A DNA stretch of 63,916 bases, the filler included, from Collodictyon triciliatum (taxonomy: Eukaryota), in NCBI GenBank assembly GCA_043381765.1. It is 3 parts of 3 records of this genome, joined end to end, with 100 filler letters (N's around TTAATTAATTAA, not from the genome) between each part and the next. Parts side by side here need not be neighbours in the genome. Positions count along the whole stretch, not along the records: positions 1 to 28,420 come from JBHJMP010000977.1; 2 more parts are not named here. The stretch is one strand, 5' to 3'. Shown one piece after another: positions 1 through 12,200 of the stretch; the first letter of the stretch is position 1; the number at the start of each line of letters is the position of its first letter. The position numbers and the translations under genes were made by a program. The notes under the pieces are model-generated. The model was not told the DNA's origin, did no database searches, and saw only the letters and a list, made by a program, of their open reading frames with translations.

Positions 1-1291
1 ACATCTCGTACCAGGACTCTGTCAACCACTCGGTGCTGATCCACCACACCTCCGTCTTCCGCCACGCCTCCACCGGCCGCTCCCGCCGCGTCTCCCAGAC
101 CATCCTCCTGGCCGTCGAGCCCGAAGCCGCAAACTACGACCACTACTTCGTCCTCAACGACATCATCGTCCTCTTCCCGCTCGAGACCGCCGCCCCGGCC
201 GAGCCCCAGCCCGCCGCCGACTCCGAGCCCAAGGGACACGCCGCTGCCGCCCAACCCGAGCCAAATGTGGAACCGGAGCCTGCACCCGAGGTCGAGGTTG
301 AAGCCCAGCCCGAGCCTCAAGTCGAAGCGGAACCCGAGCCTGTCCCTGTACCCGAGCCAGTCTCCGAACCCGAGCCCGAGCCTGAGCCTGAATCTGCTGT
401 GGTCGCCGAAACTCCGGCTCCTGTCATCCCCGAAACCCCGGCTGTTGTGGTCGAGACTCCGGCTGCGATTGAGCCCCAGACTCCNNNNNNNNNNNNNNNN
501 NNNNNNNNNNNNNNNNNNNNNNNNNNNNNNNNNNNNNNNNNNNNNNNNNNNNNNNNNNNNNNNNNNNNNNNNNNNNNNNNNNNNNNNNNNNNNNNNNNNN
601 NNNNNNNNNNNNNNNNNNNNNNNNNNNNNNNNNNNNNNNNNNNNNNNNNNNNNNNNNNNNNNNNNNNNNNNNNNNNNNNNNNNNNNNNNNNNNNNNNNNN
701 NNNNNNNNNNNNNNNNNNNNNNNNNNNNNNNNNNNNNNNNNNNNNNNNNNNNNNNNNNNNNNNNNNNNNNNNNNNNNNNNNNNNNNNNNNNNNNNNNNNN
801 NNNNNNNNNNNNNNNNNNNNNNNNNNNNNNNNNNNNNNNNNNNNNNNNNNNNNNNNNNNNNNNNNNNNNNNNNNNNNNNNNNNNNNNCTTATTCCTGCTC
901 ACTCACTTCTCACATATGGCGACCAGATGACTACTCTGTCCACATCCCCCAAATCCCTGATGCTGCTACAAGGGATGACATCCGCAAACTTATCCAGCCC
1001 AACACCTATGGAAAGATTGAAGTCCGAAAGGGTGATGTATGTGCCTCATCCTTTACATTTTGCGATCTGCCTCTTCTCAAGACTAATCATCGCACCAATA
1101 TCTAGTCCACTGCCTACGCCAACATCTTTGTGTCCACTGAGAAGCTCATGAAGTCGGTGGCTGAGGCTGTGCAAGCCAACAAAGGCTACTTCCAAGATTT
1201 GGAACTTAAGGCCATCGAGCGCAGGCCCCGATCTGCCCAAAGCAGTGGAAACGGAGAGGCTCGACCAAAGACCCGCAAACCTCAAAACTAG
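1..1291 (+). CDS. G3BP/Bre5-like protein (NTF2 domain C-terminal half, acidic/Pro-rich linker, RRM-like C-terminus); 5'-truncated, with an internal N gap
   Basis: Frame reads ...[31 protein letters not shown], the NTF2 end motif Q.F.LA...YFVLNDI, followed by an E/P/V/A-rich linker. After the gap: [30 protein letters not shown], intron GTATGT..TAG, then [14 protein letters not shown] with TAG at 1289-1291. Confidence 0.72.
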
Positions 1292-2830
1292 ACATCGAAT
1301 TTGTAAGACCATCATATTTTCGTTATATGTTTCCCCTTGAAATTGACATCTACCGTGTTAATGCTGTTAGACTTCTATCAATTCATTCGTTTCTTTCGAA
1401 ATATTCCTGGTGATGCTCATCCCACAATCACCATTAGAGCTCCCGCTATGTTCCGAAGTCCACAACGCGATTCTTGCTCATTCAGTGCACTGAAGCAGAA
1501 TTTTTTTTTCTACCACCGCTTCAATCACTCAGTCCAGGGCTACATCCTATCTTTTCATTCCCTTTCTCTTGCTTTTTTTTTAGCCCAATCAATCAACACC
1601 CGACTAACGGAAGCACAGTCTCTTACATCCTCTTTATTGTCCCTCCGCTCATTTTGCCTCCCAATTCTGCATCATCCCTACCTCACCCCCTTTTTTTTTT
1701 TATGCCCACCTCTCCTCCACCTCTTTATGTTTCTCAGCCCCAATATGTGCGCGTCTTGTGCTGCGCGCTCTGTGACCAACTAGGCTGACATTTTTGATGT
1801 CGAGTTGTCAATACAAAACAATTCCCCACGGAATTCATTCCAAGTAACCTCTGTGCTGGCACACTCCCCTCGCGTGGGGCTCACCTGACCAATCCCATCG
1901 AGGCTCATCCTTTTTGCCTGCGTGGTTCTCTCCTGCCTTCTTCTGACTTTCGCGTATAACTTGCAGCAAAAGCAGGATACCTTGACCCACCACCACGCCT
2001 CCTCCATTAAACTTTATATTCCGCTCGTATTGCGTTATCATTTGTATATGTTTCTTTTCTTTATCGCTTAGTCCTGTGTCGAAAATACGACGCAAAAAAA
2101 AAATTCAATACTGTTACACTAATTGTGGAAAATATACAAATTATCACAAAACTTTAATTATACCACTTAATTTCTTATTTTTATAAATATATGTCGTGGT
2201 TATCAAATATATATAATTATATGGGATTGTTCTATTATGCACTCTCCGCATACGTCATCCGGCAACTTTTCCGTAGCGCCCATGACGCAAGCAAACTTGT
2301 CCAATCTAGATTCAATTGATCGGCTCCTGCCACCAAACTGAATCAACGCCGCGCATCCTCAACGCCTTTTGCGGGGTGAAGCGTGTCGCAGACGCTGTGT
2401 GGCTGTTGCTTTGCGAAGCTGTGGAGAAAAGGGACTCCAATGGCCGTGTTTTTATCGTTCTCTTTAATAAACCATATTTTTCTCTCTCTATAACCCTGTC
2501 GAAAGTTTGATGAACGCTTAACCCCTTTCTTTCACCCTCTTCTTTTGTATAAGAGTAGTTTAGTGCTTACATACGCGGTTGGAGCTGAGGTGATGCCCTC
2601 TTAGTTACTTTTCCAATACCTTTTTTTATATTTATTTTCGTTTCCTTTCGCTTATCATTCAATTCTCTCTATTTCTTTCCTTTTAGCTTGCTTATTCGTA
2701 GTTATAGCTTGGATGTCCATAAGTATTTGTTATTATTACACAAGTGGATGCCACATAAACCAATTTTTTTTTTTATACTTACTCCCCTTTTCATTCCCGT
2801 GGGTCTCAGATTCAGGTACTTTTTTTTGGG

Positions 2831-4356
2831 ATGGATCAAGCTGCAGTTTGGAGAGAGTTCTTTATCGCAGCCGACGGAGAGCCAAAGGTGGATGTAATCG
2901 TGTCGACATGCATTGTTTTCTTTATGGTTTTGAATGGCATTGTCCACCTGATTATGCCTTTCATATGGAAGGGTTACTCTTCCTTGGAAACTAAAGACAA
3001 GGTTTGACCATTGCCGTACACATATCCATATTTCTTCGATTTCTCTTTCACTCGCTGTAAGACATCAAAACCAACATTTTACTTATATTTGCATGAATCA
3101 AGCTTATACATATAATTGCTTCAGATTGATTGGTGCAACCGGACGGTCTCTGCCTTGAATTCCATGTATGTGTCTCCAATGACACTTGTGGTCCTAATGA
3201 ATGATAAGGTCTTTCATAATTGAAACCTCAGTCGAGACATATGGCCACGATTCATGATGATTTTTGTCTTATCGGATATACTTATAAATCTTAGGATGCT
3301 TATTTATTCACAATAGAATATAATGAATACATAATCACATTATGCTGAATTCCAATATTCTCTACCACCAAACCGATTAATGTCGCTGTTTAACAAATCA
3401 AGTAACCGAAATACACATTAGACAATGCAAGATGACCCCATGGATGGACGCAGCACAGATGTAACTTTTTTCTTGTCAATTTTTCACGTATAATATATAT
3501 GTATATATAATCACCTATAATAAGTTATAATTAGTGTATAAGTGAGATACACATGAACTATTTTTTGAAGTTAAGGTCTTATGTTAAAGTCATAATACAG
3601 ATGGGAAACATTGGAAAGTATCAATCATTCAAATATTATTTCTCATGTATCTTTCCGTGACACACTCTAGGTGATATTTTACGGATCGATAGTTGGAGCC
3701 TATTTTCTGTATGACACCCTTTGGATGATAATTTTCTATAAGTACATCTTCCAGAAAGACGCTCTGGTGCATCACATTCTCGGCATTGCCTGCATGTTTA
3801 TTGGCCTTGTCCTCCAAAGAATGCACATGTTTGGTGCTACGCTGATTGTATTCCTTGAAATCACTAATCCACCTCTTCACTTTGGCTGGATGATAAAAGT
3901 ACGAAGAATCGAAACCCTTTTGCTCCTATCGCTCTTCTCCATCACATGAGCGACATGCATTCAAGCCATTTATTATTCCCTTACATTCGATTCAAAGATC
4001 TAGCCATGTGCCTTTCAATTAATTGACTCCATTATTTACTATTTCTCATATATCTATAGCAAATGAAGCAAGAGCAACACATCGCCAATTTAATCAACGG
4101 TGTCGTTTTTGTCTGTTCTTTCTTCGTCTTCCGCGTCGTTATGTGTTCCTATTACCTCTATCGCCTTGTTTTGATTGCTATCGACTGGAACAAACCCTCC
4201 GACCATCTTGTTTACTACGGAACCGTGATTTATTCTGGGTTTTGTCTACTGAATATGCTCTGGTTTTCCAAAGTTTGGAGGATGTTTTTGAGGAAACTCA
4301 ATCACTACGCCTCTCATAAGACAAAAACAGCCAGCAAAGAAGAAAAGAACGATTAA
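2831..4356 (+). CDS. TLC (TRAM/LAG1/CLN8) domain membrane protein, TMEM56/TLCD4-like; 5 coding exons
   Basis: Spliced product MDQAAVW..KGYSSLETKDK|IDWCNRTVSALNS..|..|..GAYFLYD..LVHHILG..FLEITNPPLH..|..NGVVFVCSFFVFRV..LNMLWFSKV..TAA. The W.NR.VS, YFLYD, HH, E.TNP, F..FR and LN..WF motifs are typical of TLC domains. Confidence 0.88.
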
Positions 4357-5058
4357 CCCGGACTATCCCCCCTTCTTTTTCTTTCTCTCTTTTTCATCTT
4401 CTTTTGCCTCATCCGAAATTATGTTTTTTCGAAAAATAAAACACAAAAAAGTCATGAACAAGTATTATCAGGGATATATCGCAAGAGCTATGAAACGAGA
4501 TATTNNNNNNNNNNNNNNNNNNNNNNNNNNNNNNNNNNNNNNNNNNNNNNNNNNNNNNNNNNNNNNNNNNNNNNNNNNNNNNNNNNNNNNNNNNNNNNNN
4601 NNNNNNNNNNNNNNNNNNNNNNNNNNNNNNNNNNNNNNNNNNNNNNNNNNNNNNNNNNNNNNNNNNNNNNNNNNNNNNNNNNNNNNNNNNNNNNNNNNNN
4701 NNNNNNNNNNNNNNNNNNNNNNNNNNNNNNNNNNNNNNNNNNNNNNNNNNNNNNNNNNNNNNNNNNNNNNNNNNNNNNNNNNNNNNNNNNNNNNNNNNNN
4801 NNNNNNNNNNNNNNNNNNNNNNNNNNNNNNNNNNNNNNNNNNNNNNNNNNNNNNNNNNNNNNNNNNNNNNNNNNNNNNNNNNNNNNNNNNNNNNNNNNNN
4901 NNNNNNNNNNNNNNNNNNNNNNNNNNNNNNNNNNNNNNNNNNNNNNNNNNNNNNNNNNNNNNNNNNNNNNNNNNNNNNNNNNNNNNNNNNNNNNNNNNNG
5001 CTAGCTAGTCCTGAAAAACTTAGAACCTTTCTCTTGTCCTCTTCGGATGCTTTTCAGA

Positions 5059-7644
5059 TCGAGAAGCCATCGTCATCTGCCTCGTCCAGAGTCCTGGAAG
5101 ACGACCGATCATCACGGACACCAACTCCAGGAATCCCCGAAGGTGTAGCCCCGAATGCCTTGCTTATCAGCGACTTTCCTAAGTACTTACGCGAGTTGCG
5201 TTGGAGCCCGTCTCTTCGATCTCATGCTTACGTCATGTTCAGCGCACCAGTAAGCAGGCCATCACCATACATTCTCTTACATGATGCTTCGTCTCTTTGT
5301 TCGATTGTTAGCGATATATCTACTGTTCATATCCCGTAGTATTGGGGATTGAGATAGGTTTTCCGAAAGCTACACCTACTTTAATCATGCTTTCGTCATT
5401 TCCCCCTTTTATTCAATCGCGTTTTCATCATAAACTCGGTGCGTTGTAAAAAGTGTGTGTATTTTTTTTAACCTGGTTGTCGTAGGGGTGTCGATATGAC
5501 GACATCGGCGTCTTAAAGGAACTGAAACATCTTCAAGAAATCGACCTTTCAGAAAATAACTTTGGTGAATTCTCTGCCCTGAACGGACTGTCTGACTTAC
5601 TGAAATTAAATGTCCGCGGTTCGTGAATCAAATCACTCCATATGTAAAATTTCTCCCACCAACGCATTTCTTAAGAAAGAAGAAATGCCCCCCAACTATA
5701 CAGAACATCGCGAAAAAACTATACATTTTTGTACCATTCATATGTAAGGAGGTATTGGACTTTACATACTTCTATTGCGCAAGAATGCAATACTTTGAAG
5801 TGGATGATTCATTTTCACTGTTTAAATTACCTCTAGCGAATAGAATCTCAAAGTTCAATGTCCCAAGCAGCCCAATTATTCAGGTAAAATTGTTCATGTA
5901 GACAAACAGTTATTTGAGTGCAATTTATTTGGGAGAACTATAGGCAAGCGAGACCTGTATTCTCTTTCAGTGTGCTGTTTAATAATCCGTTAATTATCCC
6001 CCAGGAATTGAACATTTCAAAAAATTACATAAAAAGCTTCCCCGCCTCGTGGAACGATTCCCTTGGCTCTAGCCTCGAAACGCTCGATATTTCAGGTTGG
6101 ATGCACTATGTTTAGTGCATCGATAATGATGGCGATGACGATGAATTGGTGATGATTGCAGGTTGAACAAAACGGGTCAACTCATGTTGTTTGCAACTAC
6201 TAGGAAATTTTCTGGTGTCACTCAATGGAATTCCCAAGTTCAATAGCCTGGAGATATTGTGCCTCCGCAAAAACAACTTAACCAGCATACAAGGAGCCTC
6301 ACATCTCGGGAAACTAAAAACACTCTTTGCGGTTTCTTTTCTTCGCATTCTATTTTTTTTGTCTTATGTTTTATTTATTCCACCAAAAGTCGAAATTAAG
6401 AAGGAATACAAACACCTTTAATACTTACACCATGAAAAATAGTATAAAATAGAACATAAACGCACAGTACTTTAATGATGATAGCTTTCGTCTTACAGAA
6501 ATAATTCTGATCCCTTTAATGTACTTTTATTCTGTTACACAAAAAGGCTGAAAATAAGCTTCGTGACGTTGCGGGAATCGCAGGATTCAAGGGCCTCACT
6601 TTTCTTCACGTTCGAGGTAATTAATACCAATTTATCAGGCATCAATTTGAGCATAGTAGAGAAATCTAGCAACTGACACTATTGCATACTTATTCATGTT
6701 GAAGCCAACATGATCAGCAGTCTGGAAGGTTTTTCGGATGGATTGCCTGAGCTAACAAAATTAAACCTCAGGTGACAGATAATGCCTCGCTGCATTCATA
6801 TTTCTCTCTAAATACTATTGATAATAAAATAATACTAATAATAATAAGTCCTGAAATAGTAAAGTGGAAAAAAGGAAGCAAATGGGCAAAAGCTGCTCAA
6901 ATTCTTCGCGTTCATTTACAATCCCCTTTGTCGGTTGACATTTTAATATACAGAAAGAACGAGATTTCGTCCTTCAGTGAAATCCGGAGATTGCAATCCC
7001 TTCCGAAGTTGTCTGAATTGAACATCCTAGGTGATAATACAAATATTAAGAAAGGAAATGTAGAGTATAGTATTATGTTATTGGGTTTAACATCGTCAAC
7101 ACACAGAAAACCCTATCACTGCAAATCCAACCTATCGTTTGGATGTGATTCTACTTCTCCCAGGTTGATCTCCAGTCCCAGATTTACAAATATTAGTACC
7201 AAGCAATATTTATTTGCCTCACTTAAATTTGACATATCAAAATTCAGGCCTTAAACGTCTCGATAAAGTCGATGTTACAAACAAAGAAAGAAAGCAGGTA
7301 CAATATTCCTCCGCATCGCTTGCTTTTGCGCCATTGGTTTGATAGCATAACGCATTCCTCTATATTTTAACACAATTATCGATGTAGTCCAAAGACTTGT
7401 TTCTGGAAAGGGAGCTGGAGCAAAAAATTCTCACTGAGGCAGAAAAGTTTGGAGAGAAAAAGGAGGAAGAATGGATTCAGATACGAGACGCACAAGAAAA
7501 AAGGGTACGAGACCAATCGTATATCCGTTCCACCATCTCGAGTATCCAACAAATTAAAAGTAACATAACGGGCATTTAAGATATATGATTTTCAATCCAC
7601 AGGAGACCGAGGCCACGCCAGAGGCTGACGAAGAGGAGGAATAG
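5059..7644 (+). CDS. LRRC23: Leucine-rich repeat protein, LRRC23-like (axonemal radial spoke); start probably in gap 4505-4999
   Basis: HAYV motif followed by multiple LxxLxLxxN repeats (LQEIDLSENN, LEILCLRKNNL, LTKLNLRKNEI), an LRR cap ENPITANPTYRLDVILLLPGLKRLDK, and an acidic tail ending in TAG at 7642-7644. Confidence 0.75.
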
Positions 7645-7729
7645 AGGACGATAAATTAATGCGAATAAAATGGCAAATGACCGAAAAATGTTATTATTAT
7701 AAAGGTTTTGTTCCTTCACCGACAAGAAA

Positions 7730-7802
7730 GCCCGTCTAGCTCAGTCGGTAGAGCGTGAGGCTCTTAACCTCACGGTCGTGGGTTCGAGCCCCACGGTGGG
7801 CG
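7730..7802 (+). tRNA. tRNA-Lys (anticodon CTT)
   Basis: 73-nt cloverleaf: acceptor GCCCGTC/GGTGGGC, D arm GCTC/GAGC, anticodon arm TGAGG-CTCTTAA-CCTCA, T arm GTGGG-TTCGAGC-CCCAC, with T-runs downstream (Pol III terminator). Confidence 0.97.
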
Positions 7803-8691
7803 ACTCTGTTTTTGCTTCCACTATTTTTTTCCCATCCAGCCACGCCCGGATTCCTTTTCTCCTGTGCAGCGAGGAGGTTGCGTTCTGTCTTTTAATAGTG
7901 TCAGAAGCCATCCTCGAAGAAGGAAAACCTTGAGATACCATGGCACAAGCCGCCCGAGTAAAATTCCAGCCTCGAACATCACGGCATTTCACACAACACC
8001 GAGCAAATCTCTCACCCAGAGATGCCCCAGGCAACCAGGAAGCCTTCCATGCCGCCAGAGTATTCTTTCGGACGAGTGGCCCTTCAAGCAGCCGCCATGT
8101 GGATAATCGTTCTTTAATCGAGGATGCGCCTCTTGTCAGGCATTTGGGTAGAGCTTGAGAGGGAGAAGGAAAAAAAAATGGACTGGACAACGAGCAAAAT
8201 CACTGTTTCTGCACAAAAACAGCCCCTCCGCAACAAATGTCAACCAACACCCATTTCATGTCCACCACACCCACATTGCGACGCATGACTTTATGCGCAT
8301 ACCATTGGGAAAACCCCAAAATGGCGCAAGAAACGAGCGCGGCGCTACCTGGCTACGGGCACGCTATGACCCATAGCGCTGCATGCGCACGGATGAACCC
8401 GTTTCTGGAAGTAATTTGGGCGCTATTTTATCCATTCGCATTGAGACCGCACCAAACCACGCCCTCATATTCTTGGCATTGGGCTGTCAACTGAAGAGCG
8501 CAGGCACAAAACAAACACAATGAGGGTCGCGTCTATGCGCCCAGCTTGCGGGTCGCGCCCTTGGGGTGGTATTCAGTATATACTGATATTGATATTAATA
8601 TATGTTCAATATCATGAAGCGGGCAAGCGAGACCAAAGGCAGGCGAGTGCAAATACTCATGGGCTGTCGATGCTGTAGGGACTGCGGACTG

Positions 8692-9161
8692 ATGAAGGCA
8701 ACGTGGGGCGCTTGTCTCTGGCTGCTGCTTGGCGTGGTCTGCGGGGCCGTGGCTTCTGCCGAGCAGGGCCATGCGACTCTGCTTGACCGCTCTGCCAGCC
8801 TTTTCCACAACAGGGGTTTGGTTCGGGCCTCGCCGCCGGTCTCGGAGGAAGATTTACCGTACAATGTGGTGACGTGTCCGGGAACCACCGATTCGGCCTG
8901 CAGGTGTGTGATTCGGCGAGAGATCGACAATCCGCAGGTGGAGACGTGCCCGGCCGGCTCCTACTGTCTTGCGCAGGAGCAGCGCTGCACTTTGGGTGTG
9001 TTTTCCCTGCTTGTGGCTGCGCACGCAGGACGCCGGGGCTGCCGTCTCATGGCAAAAGAGCGTGTCCAGCCTCCAACTCCTGCGAGCGACGCCAAAGAAT
9101 ATTTGTTTTTTCTTTATTAAATACTGTGAATAATAACAATAACAACAACAATAACAATAAC

Positions 9162-9255
<94 letters not shown>

Positions 9256-12200
9256 TTGATGATGATGAAAATGATAATAATGAAAATGATACCAACAAAA
9301 ATCACAACACTTAATGAAAATAATACCAACAAAAATCACAACACTTAAAGTAAATAAATGCACACGACGACCACAACAAGAACGTTAAATTGATGGGAAA
9401 GGAGCTGTTGATAGATTTGTGTTTGTTTAGCACGATGTGAAATCTAGGGCTTATATATGTTATTACTGTTTTTTCAATATATGAAACGAACTTGTGGCAA
9501 TATATATCCTCACGCACACGTGAATTTCTTTTTCAAAAATGATAATGCTGATGCATCGCCACTTGACAATAAGGTGTAAGGATTTACAACCTTACACAAG
9601 CCGACTTACCCGCGAATGTTTCTGTTTTATAGGATTCTATTGCCCAACAAACAGCACGCAACCTGTTCATTGTTGCCAGGGATACTACTGCCCTGATCCA
9701 GCCACGATAAAGATATGTCCCAAAGGCCACTTTTGTCGCACTGGTCAAATCGAGCCTACAAGTATGCATCTTCGCCAAGGAAGCCACACAGCTCTCTCTC
9801 TTTTTTAAATAATATATATATATACACAATCCTTGCATTTTATTCTGTTTGTATACTTCTTTTTCTACCTACAGTCTACCCTTATCTCTACCCTCTGGGT
9901 ACATCTGATAAACTTTTTTTTTTGGATTATACACTCCAACTCTTTGTTCCTATAAGGGAGGTTAGAAAAATTGGGTGAAAATCTCTAAACTTGTCTATAT
10001 GTCATGATTTTTTTTGTGGATGTAAACTGTAGAATGCGCTCCGATGTCTGACTGCCCTGAAGGGACAAAAGAGCAAAAGAAAGTCGGTTCCTTGGCTCTG
10101 TTCATCGCACTTGCTGCGTTAATAGCCATTGGGTACTCAGTGGCAGAGTACAGCGTCAGTCGGCACAGACAGACGAAGATATCAAAGCGTGAAGCGTAAT
10201 ACCCACCTCAGAAACATTTCTCTGCCCAAACCTCAAACCAATATTTCTTTCTGTAAAGAATCAAGCGTAATATCAGTCAATCAACTCTATTCATGCCTAG
10301 ATGTTTTCAAAGTCATGTCATTTCCGTCGTATGCTCTCGATAGTACCAATGTATATATGTTCTTAACCCGCACTTTCTTTTGTAGGAAAAGGAAAGATCA
10401 TATTGAGCTCAAAGCATCTCTCCAAATTAACCTTGCGCAGAAGACAGAGACATACACAATCCAATTCAATGAACTTGGTCTTACTTTACCTGGAGGTCGT
10501 GTAATTATGGATGGTGTCAATGGCGAGCTACAACCCGGAAAAGTCACTGCTGTGATGGGTTAGTAACATTCACTCTTCATTTTGTTGGACACACGCGTTG
10601 ACTTACCATAACAATTCAAAAAAAACTTTTTTTTTATGTTTTGACTCAACATTATTTATATTATATTCAGGGCCTAGTGGAGCTGGAAAAACCACCTTTC
10701 TCTCTCTTATATCTGGAAAAGCCAAGAAAACAAAAGGTACCATCCGAATCAACGGGGTTGAAGAACCTTTAGGTCTTTCAAAGTTTAAAAAGCTGGTTGG
10801 CTTTGTCCCCCAAGAGGATGTGATGTTAAGAACTATGACTGTGAAAGTGAGTGGTTCTTTCTTTCCTTAGTCATTATCATATTATGGTTGACAGCATACA
10901 TTTTTTTAAATTTCTTTCAAACATGTCAATTGAACTACTAGGAAAACCTTGTTTTCAGTGCCCGATACCGGCTACCTGGTAGTATGACCGACAGCGAGAA
11001 AATAAATCGAGTAAATGAGGTATGGTAATTGAGTAAATTATATTCAATATTTGTCTCATCCGATCTAAGCATTCCTTAAGACCATTATAAAACGATTAGT
11101 CTCATCTCATTATTCTTTTGCATCCCCAAGGTGATGGATGTCCTTGGGTTATCAGAGATTGTATACTCTGTAATTGGAGACGAAAGGCAGCGGGGAATCA
11201 GTGGAGGTCAGCGAAAGAGAGTTAACATTGGTATGGAACTAGTTGCAGACCCTTCAATTCTTTTCTTGGATGAACCGACATCAGGTTTGTGATGACCCAT
11301 CGTATGCTCTACTAAGGGATGGCTATTCTCGTTCCTATTCTTTGGGTTTCTATCGTCCGTCTAAACCATTGTCATGGATTTCCATTAATATATTTTCTTG
11401 TTTAACCATCATGTCATTACCATTTAATAAAATTAATACTAAATAATTGTCCTACACCCACAAAATCTGATTGCAAACGATAATAGGATTGGACAGCACA
11501 TCTTCCGACGAAGTTTGCAACTGCCTACGAAAGATTTCAGGACTAGGAATTACCATCGCTACTGTTATTCACCAGCCTAGATATGAAATTTTGCAAAGAA
11601 TTGATAATCTTCTGCTACTGGGTAAAGGAGGAAGAACCGTGTATATCGGCCCAACCAAAGACGCGTTGGCTTATTTTACAGACATGGGATTTGTTTTACC
11701 TCCCCACGGAAATCCAGCGGACTTGTATGTTTTTATATATATAAAAAAAATCTTGGATATATATTAGAAACCACATATAGCCCCTCCTCTTATTACCTCT
11801 TTCCATTTTCTTGATTGCAAAGACATTTTTGTGTTTGACTCTCTAATCATTCGTTTAGGTTCTTTTCATATTTTACTTTCAAATTTTCGCATGCTTTTTT
11901 CTTTTAACTTATTCTTAAATTTTTCTCTGCCATCTAGTTACATGGATGTTGTATCTGGGAAATCATATCAATATGCGCCTAACCAACTAACTAAGCAGGG
12001 TGGATATTACTTATCCAACTTTCAATATAATTTTAAACACCTAGTGATATCACCTAGCATAAATCTATATTTTTCTGCCGTCAATTCACATAAACTGCTT
12101 AAAAAGATCTTTTCGTTTTTTTTTTCTCTTTGGTATAGTGTTGCAAGGATTCACCGATCGTGATCTGCTGCACTTTGTACAGTATCAAGGCTTACCGGAT

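Noticed and set aside
3254-3348. ATGATGA...CTGA in a TLC-gene intron as a C/D snoRNA
   Set aside because: No terminal stem and no recognisable rRNA antisense element; such motifs are common by chance in AT-rich DNA.
7741-8494. Several 70-150 aa ORFs between the tRNA and the ABCG
   Set aside because: GC-rich promoter-like region, one ORF overlaps the tRNA antisense, and there are no motifs or consistent splice structure.
8854-9363. Poly-Y/N/L/I ORFs and similar homopolymer or dipeptide ORFs throughout the track
   Set aside because: Translations of intronic microsatellites or N gaps.
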